Positions 28,458 to 38,956 of a stretch of 64,000 bases of DNA are shown here, one piece after another. Position 1 is the first letter of the stretch. The number at the start of each line of letters is the position of its first letter. The translations under genes and the position numbers were made by a program. Below the pieces are notes generated by a model, which did not search any database, had not been told where the DNA came from, and saw nothing but the letters and a program-made list of their open reading frames with translations. Origin of the DNA: Candidatus Bruticola papionis (GTDB lineage Bacteria > Vulcanimicrobiota > Xenobia > Xenobiales > Xenobiaceae); assembly GCA_002407045.1 (NCBI GenBank), contig DHKB01000011.1, positions 6,906-70,905 of the forward strand, in the 5' to 3' direction.

Positions 28458-29636
28458 TTACTTGTAAAGGGCTACCACGCCGGGAAGCTGACGTCCCTCA
28501 ACAAATTCCAAAGAAGCACCGCCGCCAGTAGAGACGTGGGTAATCTTGGAGGCCAAACCAGCCTGAGTAAGAGCAGCTACGGAGTCTCCGCCACCGACTA
28601 CACTGCGAGCGCCAGAAGCGGCCACAGCTTCGGCAATTTGACGAGTACCGAAGTCGAAAGGTTTCTTCTCAAAGACACCAACGGGGCCGTTCCAGAAGAT
28701 CGTTTTGGCTTTGCTAATGATCTCTTTGAAGTTTTCAATCGTCTTAGCGCCGATATCTACGCCCATCTTGTCAGCGGGAATAGCGGTCACATCAACATTG
28801 GCGTGAGGAGCATTTTCGGCAATTTCGTCTACGACGACTACGTCAACGGGAAGAACGATCTTGGTCTTGGTGCCTTCAGCCTTATCCAAAATAGACTTAG
28901 GAACAGATAAATCACCATCGCAAAGGGAACGACCGATTTCCATGCCACGTACTTTGAGGAAAGGATAAGCCATACCGCCGCCGACCAAAATAGCGTCAGC
29001 CTTACCAATCAGATTTTCCATAACGCCGATCTTATCGGAAACTTTGGCGCCGCCTAAGATAACGACGAAAGGAGACTCAGCAGAAGTTAAAAGTTTGCCC
29101 AACTCGTTGAGCTCTTTTTCCATAAGCAAACCAGCAGCGGAAGGAAGGAAGTGAGCCACACCAGTAGTGGAAGCGTGAGCACGGTGAGCGGAACCAAAAG
29201 CGTCATTTACGTAGACATCGGCTAAAGAGGCTAACTCTTTGGCAAAAGCTTCATCATTATCAGTTTCCTGAGCATAGAAGCGAACGTTTTCAAGCAACAT
29301 GACTTGGCCGGGCTTAAGCTCTTTAGCCATTTTGTGTACTTCTTCACCAATGCAATCGGGAGCCATAATGACTTCTTGGCCTAAAAGCTCAGACAAACGA
29401 GCAGCGGCGGGCTTCAAGGAGAACTTAGGATCTTTCTTCCCCTTAGGACGACCTAAGTGAGAAGCCAAGATAACGGCAGCACCTTTTTCCAAGAGAGCCT
29501 TAATGGTGGGCAAAGCAGCGCGGATACGAGTATCGTCAGTAACTCTTTCGCCATCTAAGGGCACGTTAAAATCGACACGGACTAAAACTTTTTTGCCTTT
29601 TACGTCGATATCACGAATAGTGTTAAATTTACTCAT
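28458..29636 (-). CDS. pgk: Phosphoglycerate kinase
   Basis: VRVDFNVPL, SHLGRPKG and the C-terminal GGGDS/STGGGASLE motifs. Confidence 0.95.
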   Translation of the reverse strand: MSKFNTIRDIDVKGKKVLVRVDFNVPLDGERVTDDTRIRAALPTIKALLEKGAAVILASHLGRPKGKKDPKFSLKPAAARLSELLGQEVIMAPDCIGEEVHKMAKELKPGQVMLLENVRFYAQETDNDEAFAKELASLADVYVNDAFGSAHRAHASTTGVAHFLPSAAGLLMEKELNELGKLLTSAESPFVVILGGAKVSDKIGVMENLIGKADAILVGGGMAYPFLKVRGMEIGRSLCDGDLSVPKSILDKAEGTKTKIVLPVDVVVVDEIAENAPHANVDVTAIPADKMGVDIGAKTIENFKEIISKAKTIFWNGPVGVFEKKPFDFGTRQIAEAVAASGARSVVGGGDSVAALTQAGLASKITHVSTGGGASLEFVEGRQLPGVVALYK

Positions 29637-29756
29637 TTGCGAACGTCCTCTTTATTTAGTATCTATTGGGGCCCCTGTCAAATATCCCGGGGCTGCGGAC
29701 GAAGAGCGCCTAGCCCACAGTATCTAGCTCCAGGCCGACGCCCATAAATAAGTTGA

Positions 29757-29789
29757 GAACAAAAGAAAAGCCCGGAAAAAACTCCGGGC
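29757..29789 (-). terminator. Terminator or attenuator between gap and pgk
   Basis: On the minus strand, GCCCGGA/TCCGGGC hairpin (29770-29789) followed by TTTTCTTTTG. Confidence 0.6.
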
Positions 29790-29807
29790 CGGGCTAATCT
29801 ATTAGAA

Positions 29808-30866
<1,059 letters not shown>

Positions 30867-31240
30867 TTATGCAGGCGTCGGTTAAGAAACTTGCCAAAAG
30901 CCTGACAGCTTTCGTCTAACCGCAGGCTTTGTTTTCTAAAAAACCTTTTAACGCGGTGCCCTTTCGCTAGCTCCGAGCCTGCATTCCTTCCAAGAAATGT
31001 TAGAATTTTATTCACAATTAAGTTTTTTGTAGCCTGCCGTCCGGAAGAACTTAACAATCTGCACTATATGGACGTTTTTTCTTGCAGATAGTCGTTTTAT
31101 GGTCGCTATCATAAAAGCGAATTGTCCCTTAGTGAGGCGCCTGCCTTAATATTGGCGCCGACGCTGCACAAAGTCTAAGTTTGCTGCCTAAAGAAGCAGT
31201 AGAAGGGGGAACTCTAATTCACAAAACGAAGTCTACACCT

Positions 31241-32464
31241 ATGCGTCGTTTGTGCTTCTTTTCAATTTTTGTCCTTTTGGCCAGCTTGCTATTGGCTGGC
31301 TGTATGCAAAAAGAAACAGGCCCCAAGCCTCTCTTAATTTGGTCAGGCATGGACGCCGAGTTTCCTACCCTCAAACGTCAGTGCCAAGCCTTTGAGAAAG
31401 AGACCGGCCTGAAGGTTGAGCTTTTAAAAGTGCCCTACCGAGATCTTAAAAATAAATTTCTCGTAGCTGCTCCGGCCGGTTTGGGCCCGGATATTCTGGT
31501 GGGCGCTCAAGACTGGATCGGCATGTTAGCAGTTGCCGGTTTGCTTTCACCTATTCCTGAAGGCGTTATCAACAAAGGCGATTACGTGCCAGTCTCTTTA
31601 GATTCAGTCCAGTTTGATCAAAAAACTTACATGGCTCCTCTGTGCATGGAATGTCTAGCCATGTTCCGTAACCCTGATTTAATGGCTGAGCGTCCCAAAA
31701 CTCTCAGCGATTTAGTAGAGAAAGCCCAAAAAGTTCAAAAAGATTCACAGGGCAAAATCAACGGCTTCTACTTTGAAATCAAAGAGCCTTACTTTTCCTT
31801 GCCTTTCCTTATAGCTGATGGAGCCTACCTCATAGGCAAAGATGCCAATGGCAATTACGTACCCACCGATGTAGGCATGAATACTCCCGGCGCCGCCAAA
31901 GGCGCTGAATTTTTGCGCGATCTCGGCCAAAAGTACAATCTTATTAAGCAAGGCAGCACAGAAAATATCTCCAGAACTCTTTTCCTCGAGAATAAAGCAG
32001 CCGTAATTCTCAACGGCCCCTGGTTCCTCGAACAAGTAAGAGCTGCCGGCGTCCATTATTCCATAGATCCCTTCCCCACCACCGATTCAGGTAATTTGAT
32101 TAGGCCCTTCCTCGGTGTCCAGGGATTTATGCTTAACAAGTACTCTAAACGGCAGCAAGACGCCGCCAAACTTATGGCCTTCTTAAGTTCTCCGGAAAAT
32201 ATGGCTGAAATGAGCCAAACTTCCGGACGTCCTCCGGTAAAGAGCAAAGCCCTCGAACTTTGCCAAGACAATAAAGATATTGTCGCTTTTGCCAAAATTT
32301 GTGCCGACAGTATGCCAATGCCTACCCATCCAGCAGCTATGCAAGTTTGGGAGCCTATGAGACAGAGCATCGAGCTCATCAGTAAAGGCCAAGTAGACAT
32401 TCCTACTGAGCTCAAAACGGCTAACGATCGCATAATACAAAAGATCAATCTTATGCTCGAATAA
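31241..32464 (+). CDS. ABC transporter substrate-binding lipoprotein (maltose/maltodextrin MalE-like, family 1)
   Basis: Lipoprotein signal MRRLCFFSIFVLLASLLLAGC from the ATG at 31241, an SBP family 1-like sequence, and two sugar permease genes following it. Confidence 0.8.
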   Translation: MRRLCFFSIFVLLASLLLAGCMQKETGPKPLLIWSGMDAEFPTLKRQCQAFEKETGLKVELLKVPYRDLKNKFLVAAPAGLGPDILVGAQDWIGMLAVAGLLSPIPEGVINKGDYVPVSLDSVQFDQKTYMAPLCMECLAMFRNPDLMAERPKTLSDLVEKAQKVQKDSQGKINGFYFEIKEPYFSLPFLIADGAYLIGKDANGNYVPTDVGMNTPGAAKGAEFLRDLGQKYNLIKQGSTENISRTLFLENKAAVILNGPWFLEQVRAAGVHYSIDPFPTTDSGNLIRPFLGVQGFMLNKYSKRQQDAAKLMAFLSSPENMAEMSQTSGRPPVKSKALELCQDNKDIVAFAKICADSMPMPTHPAAMQVWEPMRQSIELISKGQVDIPTELKTANDRIIQKINLMLE

Positions 32465-32492
32465 GCATTAACTAAGCTGTAGGGGAATACAA

Positions 32493-33446
32493 ATGAAGAA
32501 GAATGATGGACTAATTCCATATGCTTACCTTACTCCAGCCCTGATCTTGCTGGGCGTATTGAGTTTGCTGCCCAATCTCTACTCAGTGTACTTGGCCTTT
32601 ACCAATTACTCGCTTTATCATTACAACGAGTTTGATTTCGTCGGCTTGCGCAATTTCATGAAAATTATCAGCGGTCCAGAGACGGCCACCTTTGTGCGCG
32701 TGTTCTTATGGACCTTGGTCTGGGCCGGCGGTTCGGTAATATTTAGCCAAGCTATCGGCATTTTCTTAGCTATTTTGCTCAACAAGCCAGACTTAAAAGG
32801 CAGCTCTTTATACAGAACTCTCTTTATTGTGCCCTGGGCTATCCCAGCTTTCATCTCTGTATTGATGTGGCAAGGCTTGCTCAACACGGAATTTGGCGCT
32901 TTTAACGTCATTCTTAAAAATTTGGGTTTAGATCATGTCATCCAGTATGTTCTTGGTTTAATGGGCTGCGATTTGCAATTGCCCATTGCTTGGCTGGACA
33001 GAGTAGGCTGGGCCCATATTTCTGTGCTTATGGTCAACATTTGGCTGGCCTTCCCCTTCCAGCTTACCGTATGTTTGGGCGCTTTGCAATCTGTGCCTAC
33101 CGACGTTTACGAAGCAGCCGACGTAGACGGAGCCAGCCCTTGGCTGCAATTCAAATCTATCACCCTTCCCCTACTCCGCTCTTCATTGCTGCCGGTACTT
33201 ATCTCCAGCTTTGCTTTCAACTTTAACCAGTTCACCGCCATCTATCTTTTGACGGCAGGCGGCCCTCCCGTTCCTGGCAGCGATGCCGGAGCTACAGACA
33301 TCTTGATTACCTACTCTTATAAGTTGGCCTTCAACTCGTTCCAATACGGCTTGGCTTGCGCCTATGCTATATTCATCTTTATCTTGGTGGCCACTCTCTC
33401 CGGCATCAACTTTAAGATGACCGGCGCTTTTGATGATATTAAGTAA
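32493..33446 (+). CDS. Sugar ABC transporter permease (MalF-like)
   Basis: Six-TM protein with the EAA loop EAADVDGASPWLQFKSITLP. Confidence 0.85.
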   Translation: MKKNDGLIPYAYLTPALILLGVLSLLPNLYSVYLAFTNYSLYHYNEFDFVGLRNFMKIISGPETATFVRVFLWTLVWAGGSVIFSQAIGIFLAILLNKPDLKGSSLYRTLFIVPWAIPAFISVLMWQGLLNTEFGAFNVILKNLGLDHVIQYVLGLMGCDLQLPIAWLDRVGWAHISVLMVNIWLAFPFQLTVCLGALQSVPTDVYEAADVDGASPWLQFKSITLPLLRSSLLPVLISSFAFNFNQFTAIYLLTAGGPPVPGSDAGATDILITYSYKLAFNSFQYGLACAYAIFIFILVATLSGINFKMTGAFDDIK

Positions 33447-33458
33447 AGAGGAATTGCT

Positions 33459-34319
33459 ATGTCTAGAAAAATGACCACCTTCCAAAAGATATTGCTCCAT
33501 TTGCTGCTTATCATCTGTGTAGGCATGACGATTATGCCGGTTGTTTTGGTGTTCTTCTCCTCTTTAAAAGAAAGTTCAACACTAATTTCTACCAGCCTAA
33601 TTCCTAAATTTAGCGAGCTTTCCTTAGTAAACTACAAGCGTTTACTCACCGAAACTCCATTTTTGCGTTGGGTTTGGAATACAGTGGTAGTTTCGGCTCT
33701 TTCCAGCGTTATCGCCATTATAGTTACAGCTCTGGCCGGTTATGCTTTTTCGCGCTTCAAGTTCTTCGGACGCAAAAATGGCTTAATGGCCATGATCCTC
33801 TTACAAATGTTCCCTGCCGCTATGGCTATGGTAGCTATATTTAGCATGTTGCAGCATTTGGGAGATCTGACTGGCGGTTTGGTAGGCTTAGATTCGTTAC
33901 TCGGTTTAGCCTTGGTTTATATCGGTGCCGGTATTCCTTTCAATACTTGGATGATTAAAGGCTACGTCGACTCATTGCCTAAAGAGTTGGAAGAATCGGC
34001 TCTTATCGACGGCGCCGGTACGACCAAAACTTTTACCCGCATCATCCTTCCCTTGATGGGCCCGATCTTGGCTGTGGTTGCCATTTTCAACTTTATCAGC
34101 CCCTACAGCGACTTTATTTTCCCCTCGGTCGTTATTTTCGACGAGAGCAAATATACTCTGGCAGTAGGCATGCAAAGCTTTATTTCAGGCAACTTCTCCA
34201 CCAACTGGTCCTTATTTACAGCCGGTTCCATTTTGGGTGCTATTCCCATTATGGTGCTCTTCTTTGTGTTGCAAGGCTTCTTAGTTGAAGGTTTAACCAA
34301 AGGTGCCGTAAAGGGCTAA
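33459..34319 (+). CDS. Sugar ABC transporter permease (MalG-like)
   Basis: EAA loop EESALIDGAGTTKTFTRIILP. No ATPase gene follows. Confidence 0.85.
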   Translation: MSRKMTTFQKILLHLLLIICVGMTIMPVVLVFFSSLKESSTLISTSLIPKFSELSLVNYKRLLTETPFLRWVWNTVVVSALSSVIAIIVTALAGYAFSRFKFFGRKNGLMAMILLQMFPAAMAMVAIFSMLQHLGDLTGGLVGLDSLLGLALVYIGAGIPFNTWMIKGYVDSLPKELEESALIDGAGTTKTFTRIILPLMGPILAVVAIFNFISPYSDFIFPSVVIFDESKYTLAVGMQSFISGNFSTNWSLFTAGSILGAIPIMVLFFVLQGFLVEGLTKGAVKG

Positions 34320-34343
34320 TCAATATAATATCTAATAGTCAGT

Positions 34344-34381
34344 ATCCAAGGTTCCAATTTGTGAACCTTGGATATTTTTTT
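34344..34381 (+). terminator. Rho-independent terminator
   Basis: ATCCAAGGTTC (34344-34354) pairs with GAACCTTGGAT (34363-34373), followed by a T7 run. Confidence 0.85.
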
Positions 34382-34388
34382 AGCCTCA

Positions 34389-35075
34389 ATGCTCCCCCAG
34401 CGCTATCAAAGTTTGGCTGGGATGAGACCTACACCAAAAAGAAAGAGATCATATTCAGTGTTCTGCGCCAATCAAAAAAAAATCGCCTATTTAGTCTTAG
34501 GCGTTGCTTGGCTATTACTGAATTTAAGCTATCCATTTCAAGCTATTGCTCAGGATCAGCTTTTGCAAGAGCCTTACAAGTCAAAAGCATACCTTAATTC
34601 TTATTACCAAGCTGTGCGTTACTACAATTCGGGGCTCAGTGATCGTGATACCAAAACTATCGTTTTGGCAATCCTCCATTACGCTTATGAATATTCTCTC
34701 GATCCGCGTTTCGTCACGGCGGTTATCGCTTGTGAGTCAGGCTTTAATCCTAAGGCTGTTTCTCCAGTCGGCGCTATAGGTTTAGGGCAACTTATGCCAG
34801 ACACAGCCAAGTCAGTAAAGACAAACGATCCTTATAACATCAACCTAAATATACGTGGAGCTTGCTACCTTCTCAAAAGCCACTTACTAAGTTATGGTTG
34901 CCGCAATACCCTAAATTTATCGTATCTTCCAGAAGCTATGTCTTTAACTTTAGCAGCTTACAACGCCGGTCCGGGAGCAGTTTCTAAGTATAATGGGGTG
35001 CCGCCTTACCGAGAGACACAAAACTATGTCCACAACGTAATAAAAGAATATCGACGCCTTTGCGGACGCGAGTAA
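34389..35075 (+). CDS. Lytic transglycosylase (SLT domain)
   Basis: ESGFNPKAVSPVGAIGLGQLMP and AYNAGPG. The start is uncertain (ATG 34389 or 34422); the track start at 34368 lies inside the preceding terminator. Confidence 0.8.
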   Translation: MLPQRYQSLAGMRPTPKRKRSYSVFCANQKKIAYLVLGVAWLLLNLSYPFQAIAQDQLLQEPYKSKAYLNSYYQAVRYYNSGLSDRDTKTIVLAILHYAYEYSLDPRFVTAVIACESGFNPKAVSPVGAIGLGQLMPDTAKSVKTNDPYNINLNIRGACYLLKSHLLSYGCRNTLNLSYLPEAMSLTLAAYNAGPGAVSKYNGVPPYRETQNYVHNVIKEYRRLCGRE

Positions 35076-35270
35076 AATAAAGGAACCTTTATTTTGTTCT
35101 TTTAGAGAAACGTATATAAGTTCATAGTATTAAAACAACAGCAACGAAAAAGGGCTACTTTCCCAGTACAAGGAAGGACAAACCTTTAAACTAGGCAATT
35201 TAAAGCCTCCACAAGACACACATTCATCACGATTAAAGACTACAGATATACAAGAATAAGGGAGTTAAAC

Positions 35271-36179
35271 GTGAACCTTTATAAAGCTATTTTCACTTTT
35301 ATAGTAGTCTGCGGTTTAGCTTGGAGTGTCCAAACTGCAGCTTACGCCGACGAAAATGCCGGGCAAGAAGAAATGGCCCAAGCTTTGCAAACATTTTATG
35401 CCGGGCAATGGAATGATTCTATCAAGCAATTCGAAGAAATTTTGGCTAAAGATCCCAAAAATACTTTGGCTTTAGCTTATATTCTGGATGCTTACTATCG
35501 CAAAAAAGATGTAGACGGTATTGTTAGCCAAATCGAAACTGAAACAGCCGCTGCTGGTGAAAACGGCGAATCCTTGAGTAAACTGGGCATGGCCTATTTC
35601 TTAAGAGGCAAACTTGTACCCAACGTTTTAGATGAAGCTTTGACCGAATTTAAATCGGCAGTAGAAAACGATCCTGAAAATTCTATGGCCTATTCCGGCA
35701 TGGGTCTGGTCTATTTCCAAAAACGTATGATGCCCAGAGCTAAAGGCTTTTTTGTTAGAGCTTTGCGTTTAAATCCTCATGACATTATGGCTATGGATCG
35801 CTTGGGTAATATTCTTTTAGTAGATGAAAAGAAGCCTGCTGAAGCTAAAGATATTTATCAGCGCATAGTCGAAGAATTGCCTGCTTATCCCGACGGTCAG
35901 TATTTTATGGGCTCGGCCCTTTATGACATGGGCCAATATGAAGAAGCTATCCCTTACTTAAAGCGCAGCGCCGAGCTCGATCCTAACGGTTACACTCAAG
36001 GTTTCGATGCCTTAACTCTTTGCGGCGATATTTACTTAAAAGAAGGACGCTTCGAAGAAGCTTTAGCTATTTACGAAACGGCCAAAAAGGTGCGCCCAGA
36101 GAGCACTTACGTAGATTACAAAATGAAATTAGCCCGCGAAAAGAAAACCGCTCCAGCTACAAAAGTCAACGATCACTAA
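35271..36179 (+). CDS. Secreted TPR repeat protein
   Basis: GTG start with a GGGAG RBS, a signal peptide, and repeated TPR-like A-x-x-x-Y/F helices. Confidence 0.7.
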   Translation: MNLYKAIFTFIVVCGLAWSVQTAAYADENAGQEEMAQALQTFYAGQWNDSIKQFEEILAKDPKNTLALAYILDAYYRKKDVDGIVSQIETETAAAGENGESLSKLGMAYFLRGKLVPNVLDEALTEFKSAVENDPENSMAYSGMGLVYFQKRMMPRAKGFFVRALRLNPHDIMAMDRLGNILLVDEKKPAEAKDIYQRIVEELPAYPDGQYFMGSALYDMGQYEEAIPYLKRSAELDPNGYTQGFDALTLCGDIYLKEGRFEEALAIYETAKKVRPESTYVDYKMKLAREKKTAPATKVNDH

Positions 36180-36321
36180 TTATTTTTCCTAAGATCGACC
36201 AAACTGCGGAGGGCCTTAGCTCTAAGGGGAGAACTCCTGCCTGCAAAGGAAATAGGAGGGCCTCATTGAACAAAGGCTCTTCGCAGTTTTTTTCTATTAT
36301 CTCGTGAAGGAGTCTGGCTCT

Positions 36322-37098
36322 GTGAAAAAACTTATACCCGCTTTGGCCCTAGGTGCTGCACTTTTTTCAGCACTTCCTGCGGCAGCCCAAACTGGTCCAG
36401 ACCACGATATGCGCTTTGAGCTAACTTATAGCCCTTTGCGTATTTCTACGTCTAAACCCACGGGTGTAGTCCATTCTAATTTAACCGCCATTACATTGAG
36501 TGGCGAGGGCAGGATCTTTGAAGGTATTATGTTCGGTGGCAGCTTCACCAGAGGCGGCGGAAGCAAGTTAGACATAGTTGGCGTCAATGATTTTGACGAT
36601 CCCATTACTATGAATTGCTCCAACCCCGAGTTTAACGACCTCAAAGTCTATGCCAAAATTCCTTTCAATTTTGCTTCTCTGTCTGAGAGCAACCGCACTA
36701 TGGACAAAGCTCCGGCTATGTCTCCCTTGTATGGCTATGTAGGCTACAAGAATACCAGCTTGACTTCCAGATGGCCTGACGGCTCCGGCTTTACCGGAAA
36801 AGCAAACATAGAAAACTCGTCCGGTTTCGGTTTCGGTTTAGGCGCTGAACTCAATTGGGAACCTATAGGTCTCTATGGCCAGGCCGTATACTATCCTTGC
36901 ATGATTACCAAAAATGTAGGTTTAGACGGCAATCCCGACGGTAAACTCAACGTTTGGGAGTGGGACTTAGGCTTGAGAACGAATTTCAAAGATAGCCCTA
37001 TCCAAGCTAAGATTGGCTATCACTTTGAACAGCATAGTGCCAGCAATTTGAGACTCAAATATGACGGCATTCAAATTGGTGCTACTGCCGAGTTCTAG
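36322..37098 (+). CDS. Outer-membrane beta-barrel protein
   Basis: GTG at 36322 lies 9 nt after GAAGGAG. Signal peptide KKLIPALALGAALFSALPAAAQ, alternating beta-strand pattern, and a C-terminal ...GATAEF ending in Phe. Confidence 0.7.
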   Translation: MKKLIPALALGAALFSALPAAAQTGPDHDMRFELTYSPLRISTSKPTGVVHSNLTAITLSGEGRIFEGIMFGGSFTRGGGSKLDIVGVNDFDDPITMNCSNPEFNDLKVYAKIPFNFASLSESNRTMDKAPAMSPLYGYVGYKNTSLTSRWPDGSGFTGKANIENSSGFGFGLGAELNWEPIGLYGQAVYYPCMITKNVGLDGNPDGKLNVWEWDLGLRTNFKDSPIQAKIGYHFEQHSASNLRLKYDGIQIGATAEF

Positions 37099-37172
37099 TT
37101 TCTTCTAAACTAGATTAAAAGAAAATTCCCCCTTCCGAACCTCCTATGAAGTTCACGAAGGGGGAATTTTTT

Positions 37173-37772
37173 TTAGGCAAGTTGCCTATTTCCTAAGGCT
37201 CTAGATAGAGTAAGTGGGTCAGCATATTCAAGATCAGCCCCCATGGGAAGCCCAGAAGCCAGCCTAGTAATTTTTACCTGGTCAGATCCTAAAATGTTCT
37301 TGAGATACAGAGCTGTCGCTTCTCCCGGAACAGTAGGGTTGGTCGCCAAAATAATTTCTTTAATAGGCTCTTTTTGCAAACGCTCTTGCAAGGAAGCTAT
37401 ATTCAATTGTTCGGGACCTATTCCATCAAGAGGTGAAATAAGCCCACCCAACACATGGTAAAGCCCGGCATATTCGCCAGAATTTTCCATAGCCATAAGA
37501 TCGCGAGTATTAGCCACTACACAAATAGTAGTTTCATCACGCCTTCTATCCCGACAAATTTCACATAAATCACCTTCAGCGATATTGCCACATCTGGTGC
37601 AAGCCTTCAAACGCTCTTTTACCTCTACCATAGCCTTAGCTAAAGTAAGTACACGCTCTTTAGAAGCGCCCAATAAGTAAAAGGCCAAACGCGACGCTGT
37701 TTTAGGCCCTACTGTAGGCAATTGCTGCAATTGTTCTAAAAGACGCTCTAAAGATTGAGGATATTTAGACAT
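37173..37772 (-). CDS. recR: Recombination protein RecR
   Basis: Zinc finger CTRCGNIAEGDLCEIC and a Toprim region. Confidence 0.93.
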   Translation of the reverse strand: MSKYPQSLERLLEQLQQLPTVGPKTASRLAFYLLGASKERVLTLAKAMVEVKERLKACTRCGNIAEGDLCEICRDRRRDETTICVVANTRDLMAMENSGEYAGLYHVLGGLISPLDGIGPEQLNIASLQERLQKEPIKEIILATNPTVPGEATALYLKNILGSDQVKITRLASGLPMGADLEYADPLTLSRALGNRQLA

Positions 37773-37780
37773 TTTTTAAA

Positions 37781-38089
37781 CTAGAATAACCCCGGAGGCA
37801 AATTTAAGCCAGCAGCTACGCGACCCATGCGGTTGGAAGAAAGTTCGCGTGACTTTTCTAAGCCATCATTTATAGCTACCAAAACCAAGTCTTCCAAAAC
37901 TCCCATATCATCAGGATCGACCGCATCCTTGGAAATACTGATGGATTTTACGATTTGAGCTCCAGTAACTACAACTTTAACAGCTCCACCACCAGCGACG
38001 CCCTCCACAGTAGCGCTTTCCAGCTCTTTTTGAGCGGAGGCCAAGTCGTTTTGCATTTTCTGCATTTGCTTCATAATTTGTCTCTGCAT
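37781..38089 (-). CDS. ybaB: Nucleoid-associated protein YbaB/EbfC
   Basis: MQRQIMKQMQKMQNDL...VEGVAGGGAVKVVVTG. ATG at 38087-38089 with an AAGGAG RBS. Confidence 0.88.
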   Translation of the reverse strand: MQRQIMKQMQKMQNDLASAQKELESATVEGVAGGGAVKVVVTGAQIVKSISISKDAVDPDDMGVLEDLVLVAINDGLEKSRELSSNRMGRVAAGLNLPPGLF

Positions 38090-38261
38090 TTTTCGTTTTC
38101 TCCTTATAAAATCGGCTTTGACCAAGACTTAAACCAGGCCTGGGGTTCGCCTTCCAAACTTGCAAGCCTGCCAAAGCTAAGTCAAAGGCAACCAGCTCCA
38201 GTCTTAGCTATGCAGCGATTTTGTTAAGCGATATTAGCTTCATTGCCTATCGCTAAAAGAA

Positions 38262-38717
38262 TTAAAGGTCTATGTTTTTTGTATAAATCTTTTTGCCCTC
38301 AATTTCTAGCATGTACATATGAGGATATTGTCCACCCCGAGGCTCAGAAACGCTGCCTGGGTTTATATAAAGCACATCATTTTCATAATATTGCTTGTAA
38401 CGGTGAGTATGACCATAAACAACAACATCTATTTTGTGAGGATCGGGAGTAAAAGACAAATTGTCCAAATTATGAATAACGTAGATATTTACATCTTCTA
38501 CATGGAGTACGGCATCTTTAGGTAAATCGTCCGCCCAAGGACGCCAATCGCAATTGCCACGCACAGCCGTTACGGGAGCAACAGTGGCCAGCTCCTCCAA
38601 AATCAGTGGATCTTCAGTATCTCCAGCACAAATAATATAGTCGCAATCTTCTAAATAGTCCATAACGTGAGGATCAAGCCGACCATGAATATCAGAAATT
38701 AAAGCCACATTTGTCAT
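38262..38717 (-). CDS. YfcE/MJ0936 family metallophosphoesterase
   Basis: Motifs DIHG, GD, GNCD and GHTH in order; 151 aa. Confidence 0.85.
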   Translation of the reverse strand: MTNVALISDIHGRLDPHVMDYLEDCDYIICAGDTEDPLILEELATVAPVTAVRGNCDWRPWADDLPKDAVLHVEDVNIYVIHNLDNLSFTPDPHKIDVVVYGHTHRYKQYYENDVLYINPGSVSEPRGGQYPHMYMLEIEGKKIYTKNIDL

Positions 38718-38719
38718 AA

Positions 38720-38950
38720 CTAAATTTGCTCTTTTTTTACAATATTGATTTCTTCTTCTACAGGATCAAACATTATAGCTAACTGGTGGTCAGCTAACTT
38801 CTTCTTGAGAATATCCACTCTCTTTTGCAAAGGCATAGGGCATTCGTAGCCTCCGCGAGTGGCATATTCTTCCAAAACTCCTTGCAAAGCCTCGTCGCTT
38901 AAGCGCTCATAAGGAACTTCTATTAAACGGCTGTCAATCTCTTCATCCAT
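38720..38950 (-). CDS. YheU (UPF0270) family small protein
   Basis: 76 aa with a pattern similar to YheU (..LSDEALQGVLEEYATRGG...KRVDILKKKL...). Confidence 0.6.
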   Translation of the reverse strand: MDEEIDSRLIEVPYERLSDEALQGVLEEYATRGGYECPMPLQKRVDILKKKLADHQLAIMFDPVEEEINIVKKEQI

Positions 38951-38956
38951 AATATT

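Noticed and set aside
32056-32520. 154-aa minus-strand ORF spanning the SBP/permease junction
   Set aside because: It is antisense to the well-supported ABC transporter genes and has no independent signals.
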